NCBI GenBank assembly: GCA_964016885.1
Contig: OZ024749.1
Span: forward strand, 28,272,001-28,336,000
Direction: 5' to 3'
DNA from: Eledone cirrhosa
Lineage: Eukaryota
DNA length: 64,000 nt
Shown here one piece after another: positions 24,581 through 38,570 of this stretch. The first letter of the stretch is position 1. The number at the start of each line of letters is the position of its first letter. Under the pieces are notes generated by a model that was not told the origin of the DNA, made no database searches, and worked only from the letters and a program-made list of their open reading frames with translations. Position numbers and translations under genes: made by a program.

Positions 24581-26400
24581 TGGTGTGGTGTGGTGTGATG
24601 GTGGTGGTGGTGTTGTGGTGGTGGTGGTGGTGGTGGTGTTGTGGTGGTGGTGGTGTTGTGGTGGTGTTGTGGTGGTGGTGGTGGTGGTGGTGTTGGTGGT
24701 GGTGGTGGTGGTGGTGGTGTTGTGGTGGTGTGGTGGTGTTGTGGTGGTGTTGGTGGTGGTGGTGTTGTGGTGGTGTTGGTGGTGGTGTTGGTGGTGTTGT
24801 GGTGGTGGTGGTGGTGGTGTTGTGGTGTTGGTGTTGTGGTGGTGGTGGTGGTGGTGGTGTTGTGGTGTTGGTGTTGTGGTGGTGTTGCGGTGGTGGTGGT
24901 GTTGCGGTGGTGGTGGTGTTGTGGTGGTGGTGTTGTGGTGGTGGTGTTGTGGTGGTGGTGTTGTGGTGGTGGTGTTGTGGTGGTGTTGGTGTGGTGGTGT
25001 TGTGGTGGTGGTGTGGTGGTGGTGTGGTGGTGGTGTTGTGGTGGTGTTGTGGTGGTGGTGGTGTTGTGGTGTTGTGGTGGTGGTGTTGTGGTGGTGGTGT
25101 TGTGGTGGTGTTGTGGTGGTGTTGTGGTGGTGGTGGTGTTGTGGTGGTGGTGGTATTGTGGTGGTGGTTGTGGTGGTATTGTGGTGGTGGTTGTGGTGGT
25201 ATTGTGGTGGTGGTGTTGTGGTGGTGGTGGTGTGGTGGTGGTGTTGTGGTGGTGGTGGTGTGGTGGTGGTGTTGTGGTGGTGGTGGTGTGGTGGTGGTGG
25301 TGGTGTTGTGGTGGTGATGTTGTGGTGGTGATGTTGTGGTGGTGATGTTGTGGTGGTGGTGTTGTGGTGGTGGTGGTGTTGTGGTGGTGGTGGTGTTGTG
25401 GTGGTGGTGGTGGTGGTATTGTGGTGGTGGTTGTGGTGGTATTGTGGTGGTGGTATTGTGGTGGTGGTTGTGGTGGTATTGTGGTGGTGGTGGTGGTGGT
25501 GTTGTGGTGGTGGTGTTGTGGTGGTTGTGGTGGTGTGGTGGTGGTGTGGTGGTGGTGTTGTGGTGGTGGTGTGGTGGTGGTGTTGTGGTGGTGGTGTTGT
25601 GGTGGTGGTGTTGTGGTGGTGGTGGTGTTGTGGTGGTGGTGTTGTGGTGGTGGTGTTGTGGTGTTGGGTTGGTGTTGGTGGTATTGTGGTGGTGGTGGTG
25701 GTGTGGTGGTGGTGGTGTGGTGGTGTTGTGGTGGTGTTGTGGGGGTGTGATGGGGGTGTGGTGGGGATGTAGGGGTGTGTGTGGGGGGGTGGGGGGTGGG
25801 GGGGGTGTTGTGGTGGTGGTGTTGTGGTGGTGTTGTGGTGTGGTAGTGGTGATGGTGTGGTAGTGGGGTAGTGGTGGTGTGGTAGTGGTGGTGTGGTAGT
25901 GGTGGTGTGGTAGTGGTAGTGTGGTAGTGGTGGTGGTGTGATAGTGGTGGTGTGATAGTGGTGGTGTGGTAGTGGTGGTGTGATAGTGGTGGTGTGATAG
26001 TGGTGGTGTGATAGTGGTGGTGTGGTAGTGGTGGTGTGGTAGTGGTGGTGTGGTAGTGGTGGTGTGGTAGTGGTGGTGTGGTAGTGGTGGTGTGGTAGTG
26101 GTGGTGTGGTAGTGGTGGTGTAGTAGTGGTGGTGTAGTAGTGGTGGTGTAGTAGTGGTGGTGTAGTAGTGGTGGTGTAGAAGTGGTGGTGTAGTAGTGGT
26201 GGTGTAGTAGTGGTGGTGTAGTAGTGGTGGTGTAGTAGTGGTGGTGTAGTAATGGTGGTGTAGTAGTGGTGGTGTAGTAATGGTGGTGTGGTAGTGGTGG
26301 TGTGGTAGTGGTGGTGTGGTAGTGATGGTGCGGTAGTGGTGGTGTGGTAGTGGTGGTGTTGTGGTGGTGGTATTGGTGGTGGTGGTGGTGGTGATGGTGG
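24581..26400. repeat. 1.8-kb (GGT/TGT)n tract, then 11-bp (ggtgtggtagt)n
   Basis: Seen directly; source of the 600+ aa His/Pro/Thr ORFs. Confidence 0.97.
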
Positions 26401-26630
26401 CTGTGTAATGGTAGTAACTGTGTGGTGATGATGAAGTTGGTAATAAAGAGGGAGGGAAGGAAGGTGGGGGAATAGGGAAACAACAGGAATAGAAAAGATG
26501 TTTGTTGTCCAACACAGATTAGATTTAAAAAACAACTGTCTGCTGAAGATGTTGGGGTGTTGTTTGTGTGTGTATCTAGGCGATGGTGTGTGTGTGCATG
26601 CATGTTTATATATCATCATTCATCATTTTA

Positions 26631-26954
26631 TTTTACGTCCGCTTTTTCCCTGCTTGCAAGGGTGGGACGGGAACTGATGTTGGCTTGATTTCTACAGCTG
26701 GATGCCCTTCCTAACACCAACCTCATTTACAGTGAGTGCTGGGTGCTTTTTTGCCGTGGCACCTCCACGACCACTTTGCAGTGAAATGATATGGACCCCA
26801 GTCCCTATCATCTCATTTCTACAGCTGAGTAAACTGGAGCAATATGAAATAAAGTGTCTTGCTCAAGGAAACAACACATCACCCGGTCTGAGAATTGAAC
26901 TCACAACCTTTCAATTGCAAGGCCAATGCTCTAACCACTAAGCCATGTGCCTCC
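26631..26954 (-). mobile_element. CORE-like SINE, full length
   Basis: Reverse complement of 5358-5686. Confidence 0.9.
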
Positions 26955-27167
26955 ATATATATATATACACAGAGGTATCCACTGTAAGTTGTGGGGTCTA
27001 TTCTGCATGAAGAACTCGATGTAATATGTTGTAGGTTAAGATAAATCTCAGAAAACAATAAAACATTAAAAGGAAAACAGTCATGATATAAGTTAAAACA
27101 ATAAAATAAAAAATCAGGTCATTAGAGATATATCTCTAATGACTTGATTTTTTATTTCATTGTTTTA

Positions 27168-27261
<94 letters not shown>

Positions 27262-27374
27262 AAAAGGTAAACAGAAATAACAACACAATCGGTACAGTAT
27301 ATGGAAGGAATATATTAGGTTAACGCTTGATATAGCAGGAACAGGGTCTTAACGTTTCGGACGCTAGTCCATCA

Positions 27375-28215
27375 TCACCACCACCACCACTGCTGACATT
27401 GGGTGTAACTATTACTACCACTGACCACCACCACCACCACCACCACTACGGACATTGGGTGTAACTATTACTACCACTACTGACATTGGGTGTAACTATT
27501 ACTACCACTGACCACCACCACCACTACTATTGACATTGGGTGTAACTATTACTACCACTGACCACCACCACCACCACCACCACTACTACTGACATTGGGT
27601 GTAACTATTACTACCACTGACCACCACCACCACCACCACCACTACTACTGACATTGGGTGTAACTATTACTACCACTGACCACCACCACCACCACCACCA
27701 CTACTACTGACATTGGGTGTAACTATTACTACCACTGATCACCACCACCACTACTACTGACATTGGGTGTAACTATTACTACCACTGACCACCACCACCA
27801 CTACTACTGACATTGGGTGTAACTATTACTACCACTGACCACCACCACCACTACTACTGACATTGGGTGTAACTATTACTACCACTGATCACCACCACCA
27901 CTACTACTGACATTGGGTGTAACTATTACTACCACTGACCACCACCACCACTACTACTGACATTGGGTGTAACTATTACTACCACTGACCACCACCACCA
28001 CTACTACTGACATTGGGTGTAACTATTACTACCACTGACCACCACCACCACTACTACTGACATTGGGTGTAACTATTACTACCACTGACCACCACCACCA
28101 CCACCACCACCACTACTACTGACATTGGGTGTAACTATTACTACCACTGACCACCACCACCACCACTACGGACATTGGGTGTAACTATTACTACCACTGA
28201 CCACCACCAATACTA
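27375..28215. repeat. ~50-bp minisatellite with variable (CAC)n
   Basis: actactgacattgggtgtaactattactaccactga plus (cca)n, about 16 copies. Confidence 0.95.
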
Positions 28216-29465
28216 CTACCAATGGCCAATACAGAAAATCAGACCTGATTGCTCTAATTACTACTACTGACCAACATAGATGACCAGACCTAATTAACTA
28301 CAACTACCACCACCACTATTACTACTACTGCTAACCAACACACAAAACCCAGACCTAACTACTACCACTACTATTGACCAACACAGAAAAACTGATTGCT
28401 CTAATTACTATGATTACTACTACTGCTACTACTACTACTATTATCACCACCACCACTACTATCATTACTACTGCCAAACAGAAGACCAGACCTGATTAAA
28501 TACTACTACTACTATCACCACTGCTACCACCACCACTACTACTACTACTGACCTCAGACTAATTACTACCACTACCACTACTCCAGGTGTTTTAATGATA
28601 GGAGATCCTAGTCATATGATGAAAAACAGTGTGAAATGAAGTGTCTTGCTCAAGAACACAACACACTGGCCAGTCCAGGAATCAAACCCACAACCTTAAG
28701 ATCCAGAGTCCAACATACAAACCACTGGGCCATACACCATAAAATGATAACATAACCATATTGTGTGAAAAACTGTCGGCATACATCTGCAACATGTACA
28801 TATACATACATACACAGACACACACAGACACTGGCACACACAAACAACACCCATAGACACACACGCACACAATACCCATAGACACACACACACACACAAC
28901 AAACACCTCCCCCCCCCACACACACACACACATCATAAACACACATATACACCCTACATCAACTGTTTCTTTGCAGTCCATCAAAGTGATGACGTTCTTG
29001 ATGGTAGCCAGTGATGGGTAGTTACATTGTTGAACATTCCAACAGAGGGGTGGGGGGGTGGGGGGCTCCACTGTCTTCACTGTTGATGTACATGTGTTAA
29101 TACATGTGGACGTTTTACATGTGTTAACATGTGGACGTTGTACATGTGTTAACATGTGGACGTTGTACATGTGTTAACATCTCGACGATGTATGTGTGTT
29201 AACACATGTCGATGTTGTACATGTGTTAACATGTACAACATCGATGTGTTAACACGTGTTAATACAGATACACACAAATACATATATACAGAGACACACA
29301 CACAAATAAATATATCCTGAAAAATACACACACATACTTAGAGACACAGGAACACATACATACACACACATACAAATACATAGATACAGACAAATACACA
29401 CACACAAATACAAAGAGACACAGGCACACACAAATATCTAGACACACACACACACAAATATCTAG

Positions 29466-29510
<45 letters not shown>

Positions 29511-32500
29511 CTTTGCAGATAACTTAGAAAAAATGGTAACATGTGAGAGATAAATATGTGTGTGTATCTACAGGTGTCTGTGTCTGTCTGTCTGTCTGTC
29601 TGTCTGTGCGTGCGTTCCTGTGTGTCTACAACCTGATGAATGAGTCAGCATTGTGGGACATATGTGTTTGTAGTTATATTCTAGATTAGCAATGGCACTA
29701 ACACAATGTGATGCAGAATAAAGGCTTATATCAACACACATACAATATGTTTACATATCGGGAGGGCCCTTCAATCATGTCAAGGACATGACGTCCTCCT
29801 TAGTGTTTGGTGACCTACACGATAAACGCACCCAGTACGTGCTGTAAAGTGGTTGGTGATAGGAAGGGCATCCAGCCATAGAAAGCCTGCCAGACAAAGG
29901 GTTGGGAGGACCTTGCAGTTATGACAAAGGGTTGGGAGGACCTTGCAGTTGTGCCAAAGATATGACAACCTCTCCTGTGTGCTAGGTAGAATGTGAGACC
30001 GTACATAAGCGAGACAGGTCCCTGGCTTGTCAAAGAGTTCAGTAGCCCTGCTTCAGTACTGACTTGGTCTACTTAAACCCGTTCAATGCTAGGTAGCAGG
30101 AAAACAGATGTTAAAACGGTGATGATGATGATGGTGATAATCATCATCTAGTCTCATGAACATTTAACCCTCTTGATACCAACCTAACCACCTGAAAAGA
30201 CAATATTTACAGTGAGAACAGACGTATTTTTGTTATATACATAAGAGACTTTAAATCCTGCCAAGGCTAGCTTTGCCTTTCATCTTTACAGGATCGATAA
30301 AATAAAGTACCAGTCATGTACTGGAGTTGATTTAAATGACTTTCCCCATTCCCTCCAAAATCGTTGGCCTTGAGCCTAAATCAGAAAGCATTATATACAT
30401 AAGAGGATTCGATCAACAAGATCCCAGACCTTATTCACTGACCGAGTGGGGTCAAACTCATCAAATTGGACCAAGGAAACAATGTTTCCATTGGTCTTTC
30501 CATTGCTGATACTATCTACTGGTCATAACTCCTGGTAGAAAGAGCAACATGAAATAAAGTGTCTTGCTCAAGGACATAATGTATCACCTGATATGGGAAT
30601 TGAACTCACAACCTCTAACCACTAAGCCACACACCTTCACAAAACTATTATGTATAGATCCATATACGACTATATTTTAAATTTATTATCTGATGTGATT
30701 TTGGTTACAAAAGTCAGTAAATGTTGTTTATGAGAAAGTGTGTGATAGCAATGAGTATATAGAAGACTTCTGATATCAACAAGAACATAGTGTAATGTAG
30801 GCATTAAAAGCCTAGCACTATAGTGAAAAGGTGGCGATTTGGCAGAGTCATTAGAACATCAGATAGAATGCTTTGCAGCATTCATTTCAGCTCTCTAAAT
30901 TCAAAACCCGCTGAGGTCAATTTAGCCTTTCATCCATTTGAGGTTGATAAAAGTACCAGTCTAGTACTGGGGTCAACTCTTCCTTTATTTCTTTTTCTCA
31001 CTTCCATTCTCTCATTCTCTATCCTTCTATGTAAGAAATCTGCTGTGTTGAGACCTGGAAAGGAGATGGACTCCACCAAGTTTGTTTTTTTAAATGCCCT
31101 AGAAATGCTGTATGTTAATATGGCACTCCTATGACTCCTTCAGGAGTCACAGGACCAAGCATGCATACACTATAGTGAAAGACACTTGCCTAAGGTGCCA
31201 CACAGTGGGACTAAACCTGAAGTGACATGGTTGAGAAAAAAACCTTAACCACACAGCTATGCCATGTTAGCCTATCACTAATAAAACAACTGGATATTGT
31301 ATATATGAAAACCAATGAGAAAGTGTGACCTAAGAGACTATATATGGTGTACAATGTCAGTGACAACCACTGCTATATATCTCATGACATTCTGTTACTG
31401 TCACCACCAATATCAGCTCTTCATTGTAATCAGTTTTAGGTATTTATTTCAAAAGCTGGCATGGGTTAACTAGGTCTGCAATTATTAAAATTTGACAACC
31501 ATTCAAAATATAATTCTATAACATCTGAAGAAATGTTAGGTGGTTATAACTTCATTAAGGGCTGTGGATTGGCAGTAGAATCAGTAGAGTGTTGGACAAC
31601 ATGCTTTGAGGTATATAGTTACGACCCTTTATGCTTTGAATTCAATTCCACCGAGGTTAGCTTTGCCTTCCATCCTTACAGGCTCAATAAAATACAGTAT
31701 CAGTAATGCACCAGCATTGATTTAATTGACTTTCCCCCTTTCTTTCAAATTGCTGACCTTGTGCCTAAATCAACAACCATTATTATTCAATAAGGGCAAT
31801 GCATTGGCAGTAATCAGTAGAGCATCAGGCATGTTTTGTGGCATAGAGTTATGGTCCTTTATGCTCCAAGTTCAAATCCCACTGAGATTAGCTTGACTTT
31901 TCATCCTTACAGGGTCGATATAAAGTACCAGTAACACACTGGAGTCAATTTAATTGACTTTCCCCCCTTTTCTTTCAAATAGATGGCCCTGTGCCTAAAT
32001 CAGAAACCATTATTACACCATTAAACGGTCACTTTTTACAAGATTAATTTCTAAACATTTGATAAGTTATCAGAAACCCCTATTTCTAGCAGAGTTTTCT
32101 TAGAGGTTAAGGTAAATACATATATCATCATCATCATTTAATGTCTGTTTTCCCTGCTAGTATGGGTTGGATTGGTTGTCACTGACCAAGTCAGGACACT
32201 AGTGAAGCTACTGACCTTTCAAATGGGCCAGGGGACTGCATCTCACTTCTACTCAGTACTCAGACTGGCTGAGGGCCCATATCTTGCCTTTTACTGGGGC
32301 CCCATATCTCACCTCTACCAAGTGCTCAGATGGGCCAGGGCTCTTGAATCCTACCTCCACTGAATGCACGTACAGTTCACCCCCCCCCCCCCCGTCTCTC
32401 TGCCCCTTTAAAGTTCTAACCAGACCCTTTAGTCCACTCCCCTCCCACCCTTTATTTACATTTATAGTTATTACTTTAGAAATATGTATGTGAACTAAAC

Positions 32501-33230
32501 CCCAATATGATTTTCGAAATGTGGCCTCGTTAGATGTCAATTTCTATGAGGTTTTCCTGCATAAAAATGTTCCCTCTTCCTATGCCTAGTCAAAAAGCAC
32601 CACCATCATCATCATCCATATAGTCACTCAATCGATGTCTATGTTGTAAAAAGTTCTAACTTTTAGTGACAAACTCCTATGCTGTCACTATAGTCTTTAG
32701 TTTAGTCTCCTCCCTTAAACAAATATTTATTTATTGTAAAAAGAAAGGGCATACAGCCATAGAAATCTTGCCAAACAAAGGGTTGAGAGAACTCTTCAGT
32801 TGTGTCAAAAACCTGACAAACTCCCCTGTGCACTTGATAGAATTAGAACAGAAAGACTACGTATTTATGTGAGATACAGCCCCCCCCCCCCTCCCAACCT
32901 ATCTGGGAGGTCAGTAGCCCACTTCAGAACTATCTTAGTCAATGTAGAATCGATGTTAATGATGATTATGATGATGAAATAAAGTGGGTTTTTCTATGAG
33001 TTTATAATTAGTTGAAAAGATAAACGTTAAATGAAATGAAATCAGTAAAAATATACTCCAATATGAAGATGGTTTGCTTTTAAATGTTGTACTTCTTTAA
33101 GAAGGCTGCACTTAATATTTTAGAAGGTCTTATGTGGCCTTAACCCTTTAGTTATATTTCTAATGAAACTCACTGCCTATGATTTTCAAATAATTTTGAA
33201 AATAATGAAAAATGGTATTTGGAACATAAC

Positions 33231-33455
33231 TTAATCCTTTAGCATTTACGTTACTCTATATTTACTATTGTATGTTCATGGTAAACACTTTATCTCATAA
33301 TTATTTCACATAATATCGAATCTATGGGATTTTGATATTACTTATTTTGAGAACAGTACCTTAACGTCAGTAGGAGTGGCTGGTTATGGCCAGTTTGAAC
33401 AAAAAGAGGTGAGAGAACTGGCCGGATATGGCCGGTTTAAATGCTAAAGGGTTAA
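33231..33455 (+). mobile_element. piggyBac-like MITE nested at TTAA
   Basis: TTAA at both ends; TIR ctttagcattta/taaatgctaaag. Confidence 0.85.
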
Positions 33456-33622
33456 AGGTTCTTACATGAAATTATGATGGAAGATTTTTCTATAAATATA
33501 AACACTTTAACTTTTTTATTACCATATTTCTCATGAAAGTCGCTGCGTATGATTTACAAATAATTTTGAAAAAGATCATGAATTTGGAGGAATTTAGTAA
33601 TATAACTCATTATTAAAGCTAG

Positions 33623-33808
33623 AAGGCGGTGGATTAGCAGTATCGGTAGAGGGTCGGACGCCATGCTTTCCAGCATAGTTACGTCCCTTTACGATCTGAG
33701 TTCAAATCCCGCCGAGGTTGACTTTGCCGTTCATCCTTACGGGGTCGATAAAATAAAGTACCAGTAATGCACTGGGTAATTGCTGGCCTTGTGCCTAAAG
33801 TAGAAACA
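33623..33808 (+). mobile_element. Young Meta/MESC-like SINE with 14-bp TSD
   Basis: attattaaagctag is duplicated at 33609-33622 and 33809-33822. The body is nearly identical to 42236-42412. Confidence 0.9.
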
Positions 33809-34388
33809 ATTATTAAAGCTAGTATTTGGAGCATAACATAAAGGTTCTCACATAAAATTATGAAGGTTTTTAGATAAATACAAATACATTCACAAAGACA
33901 GTTTTATACCATAGAACCAGGGGTGGTTTCAGGTGGTTTGGTATTGAAAGGGTTAAGGTTGCAGACCTCCTCTCCTTGACTAAACTAATATGTAACATCA
34001 ACACCAGGGTGGAAAATATATAAATCAGTCAGGTTTTCAGTGAAATTTTAACAGGAGTGTTAGTTACTTCTATGTCTTACTGGATTGGGGAAAACGTTTA
34101 CAAATATTTAGATTAGGACCTGGGTCAACCCTGTTTCAATGGAACAGCAGCAAAAGATATTCCAGCTGTGACAATATTGTTTGATGTGACATTGGTTAAC
34201 AAAGTCTGCAAATGTTGTTTAACACTGTGATGGCCTTGTTTGACTAAACTTGTGGTCAAAGATATTTCAGCCATGTCAATATTGTCTGATGTGACATTAG
34301 TTAACAAAGTCGGCAAATATTGTTTATGTTTAGCCCTATGATGGCTTTGTGGTGAAAAATTTTCCAGCCATAAGAATATTGTCTGAGG

Positions 34389-34610
34389 CAGTGCTGGACT
34401 TACCTATAAGATAAAAAAGCTATAGCCTAGGGCCACACACCCTCGGGGGGCCTCATTTAAAAAAAAATTTTATTTTATCATTAGTTTTTATTTTTTAACA
34501 CTAAAATCATCATAAATTTAATATATATATTTACTATATTTATACTCTACTATCCTTAGTATAGAGTACTCTGCTAATAATGGTCTTACTAGTTTAAAAC
34601 TGGTATAATC

Positions 34611-34652
<42 letters not shown>

Positions 34653-34932
34653 GAATATTGGTAACATTTAACTATTATTTCTTCAAACTTACATTTTAAA
34701 CTTAGTTCCATTTAAATGATTATTTGCCTAGTTAATTTCTATGGACTAAGAAGAAGAATTAAGTAAATTTTATCTGACTGTTCTTCAAACTTATAATTTT
34801 ATCTCTATATATAATTTATCATTAACATTAATTAAAGAAATAATAACCATGTATACTTATTTTAAATTTGTTTAGAGAAAGGCCTCAAATTTCATATAGC
34901 TTAGGGCCTCAGTGGGTGGAAGTTCAGTCTTG
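34389..34932. mobile_element. hAT-like MITE
   Basis: cagtgctggactt ... aagttcagtcttg termini with an 8-bp TSD (gtctgagg/gtctgatg). It interrupts a degenerate tandem repeat (atattgtctgatgtgacattagttaacaaagtc). Confidence 0.65.
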
Positions 34933-36190
34933 GTCTGATGAGATATCAGTTACAAAAGTCCACAAATGTTGTTTAGACAAGACTGACCACATTTCTGTTT
35001 GAACAGTCTATGACAATTTCATGACTCATGGAATGGTCACTACTTAAAAACACCCATTGTAAGGCTTATATATGTTTTATTATACATAAACATAGTGTAT
35101 AGGATTTCATATCTGCCTCTATTAAGACTTACACTATGTTAGAGCCACTCCTATATCAACTTTGTCTTTCACACTTTCGAGGTCAATGAAAAAAATTACT
35201 AATCGAATACTAGGGTCGATTCTTCCTCTATATATCTTTCTCGCTCCCCCCCCCCCCTCTCTGAAATACCAGTCTATTACTGGCGTTGATTCTTTCTCTA
35301 TGTATCTTTCTCACTTTCTTTCTCTCTGGAGTACCATACTAGTACTTGGGTTGATTCTTCCTCTATCACTTTCTTGCCCTCCTTTTTTTTTTAAAAGATT
35401 CAGCTGTGATTGAGACCCACAGAAGAAGGTGCTCTGCCAATTTTAAAGGGCCCAAAACACACTGTATGTCACTAAGGTATCTACACCTCTATCAGAAATT
35501 ATGAGTCCATACTCTGCCAGGTTTAAAGGGCCCAAGACAAGCCATATGTCACTACAGTGCCTCTACATCTTTATCAGGAGTTATGGCTCAATATACAATG
35601 ACACACTCTCAGTAATGAGACAAGAGTAAGCTATAGCTTATATTCTTTTTACATATAAAACATCTTCTGGAGAAGTTTATTTGTATATTGTGTGGAACTG
35701 CCTTAACCATAAACCCCATACACTGTACTGGAAAAAAAAAATCCATGAGGCCCTTCTTTGAGGCCCTAAGCATCTGTTTATTTTGTTTAATCTTTAATCT
35801 AGGGTTGTTGACAACAAACATGCTTCTACGAAACATGTTTGTTGTCAGCAACAAACATTAGATAGGGAAAATTTTGTTTTTGCTTTTTTTTTTAGGGGCT
35901 GGGAGGGAGAACAACTCTGGAAACACTGGTCCTAAATATTGACGTTTATAGAATGTAAATAGGGAGAGAGAGAATTTTCAGAAGAGCAGTGTTACGTCAC
36001 ATGAAATGATGTTATCAATTAATGAGGGGATGGTTTCATTGATTTGCTGTTTTATTTTAGGTATTAGCAGGGACATATTGATAAAGTTAACTAGGTTAAA
36101 AAGTTTAGGGGTCTCCAACAGGGACTTATGGGTTGGTCAATTTGTTATGCTGTAGCTGGGGCTGGTGTTTGTGAGAAAGATTGAAATGTC

Positions 36191-36670
<480 letters not shown>

Positions 36671-37380
36671 GAAATATCTGAAAGTGTAGGTATTCAGCTA
36701 TGGGTTAATATAGGTCAGATTTAGTAGTCTTCATAAAAATATAGAAAATTAACTCCCACTTTTTAACCCTTTGATACTAAACACACCCACAATAAATACA
36801 CAAAACTACACACAATTCTTCTTCTTCGCCCACTTATTCCTGAGAAGTTCATGGGAGCAGAGTCCTCAAACACTCCTTCCAGTAGTTCCTGCCTGAAGCA
36901 ACCATCTCCAACTAATCTGGCTGGATCCCCAAGCATGCCCAGCCAAGCTCATGGATGTTATCCAACCATCTTGCTCGGGGTCTCTTGCCGGTTGGTTTTG
37001 CCTGTAAAATCTGTCCAGTGATTCTTTCCTGAAACATGCTAACCACATGCCCATCGTATTGGAGCTGTGATCTCTCACTTCGGAGAAGTAGCAGCTCTAG
37101 CTGGAGTGACCCTCTGTTCTCTGAGCACATATCTGTCCAGTGATTCTTTCCTGAGACATTCTAACTACATGCCCATAGTATCAGAACTGTAATCTCTCAA
37201 TTCGGAGTAACGTTACTCCAAAGACATACAACTGTGAATAAAGAATTATATTCAAACATTGTTGCAGTTAGAGTTGATATTGATTCTGATGAAATTTATC
37301 AACATATTATCATCTACATTATATTTCTTTTGTCAATCACATTCTGTGTATATGTAATCACAGTTCAATACAGGCATAGT

Positions 37381-37879
37381 TGCTGTATATGCTGGCGTAT
37401 AAGTCACCATTTGGAGCCTAAAAATATCTCTCCAAAACCAGGTGTCGACTTGTCCACCGAATATAAAATGTGAACCTTTACCACTAAGGGGTAAACAGTG
37501 AAACTGCCTGCCTAACACTCGTTGTACACCACTTACCATAACTCTAGCAGTTCACCACAATTATTTCCTACTGAATCTCATATTTGTTAAGTATTTAACG
37601 TAGAGATTATAATAATATCATTGACTTGCCATAGCTTATAGGGTAAATTACCATAGGTTCGTTAAGGTTAGGCTAGGCTGGTTTACTCAGTAAGAACTCA
37701 CTTGCGACTGAAGTGTTTTAGCATTTAGCGCATGACTAAATTTTTAAAAATTATTATAACTGCCTTATTTTTGGGGACTCGTCTTATCCGGCGAATAAAG
37801 GCCTAAACCTAAATTACACCTCAGAATCTTAGGGGTTGATCTATGCGCCAGATCAACTTGTACGCCGGCATATAAAGTA
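37381..37879. mobile_element. Tc-mariner (pogo/Tc2-like) MITE
   Basis: Imperfect TIRs tatatgctggcgtataagt / acttgtacgccggcatata. Confidence 0.65.
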
Positions 37880-38497
37880 TATTGACAGGAATGCTTGTTC
37901 TGTCATTGACAGCAGCAACTTAACACGATTCTGGATCTCCTCATTGTACTACACTACACATCGCAAGTTGTTTAGAGTTTGCCAGCTGTGCCAGTTATTT
38001 TGCTTTTATTTTTACAAATTTTATTTTCCTAATTCCAGGTTCTTGTTTGTTTGTGAGTGTGAGTAAGTGTGAGCGTGTGCGTGAGTGAGTGTGTCTGTGT
38101 TTGTGAGTGAGTGTGAGTAAGTGTGAACGTGTGCGTGAGTGAGCGTGTTCGTGTGTGAATGTCAACGTGTGTTAGTCAACCCTTATTTACAATTTATCAT
38201 ATCAAAAGCAGAAAACATCGACAACAAAAACAGACAGAAAAATAAGGGTGAGGTCCACTAAGGGTTATACCAGTTCAAATTAAGATTATATCCCTAATTA
38301 TGATAATTTACGCTCTTAATTTGATAGTTTATTAACAGCATGTTAGACATATTATTCAACGAGACAAATTAATTAGTCCATGACACATACGACAGTAACC
38401 ACAACAATAACACAATATGTAATAACTTATGTAACGAATAGGTTTACAGACGTATGACTAACCAACCATATGACCGATTTATTGGTTGTATTGATAT

Positions 38498-38536
38498 ATA
38501 GTTGTAGTGCACCTGAGCACTGTACACAATAATTTC

Positions 38537-38560
<24 letters not shown>
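38498..38560 (+). mobile_element. CR1-like LINE extreme 3' tail
   Basis: agttgtagtgcacctgagcactgtacacaat plus (ATT)n, the same as the 11707 end. Confidence 0.85.

Positions 38561-38570
<10 letters not shown>

Larger units (their letters stand above)
33140..33957 (+). mobile_element. TTAA-flanked MITE family B hosting nested insertions
   Basis: ttaacccttt ... ggtttcaggtggtttggtattgaaagggttaa. Related pieces occur at 2743-3358, 11142-11650, 13595-13670 and 30164-30200. Confidence 0.65.

Noticed and set aside
24540-26619. 600+ aa His/Pro/Thr and Val/Trp/Gly ORFs
   Set aside because: Open in several frames on both strands because (GGT)n lacks stops; no evidence of coding.
27375-28215. Constant 36-bp repeat with variable 'spacers'
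   Set aside because: The variable parts are only (CCA)n length changes; it is a minisatellite.
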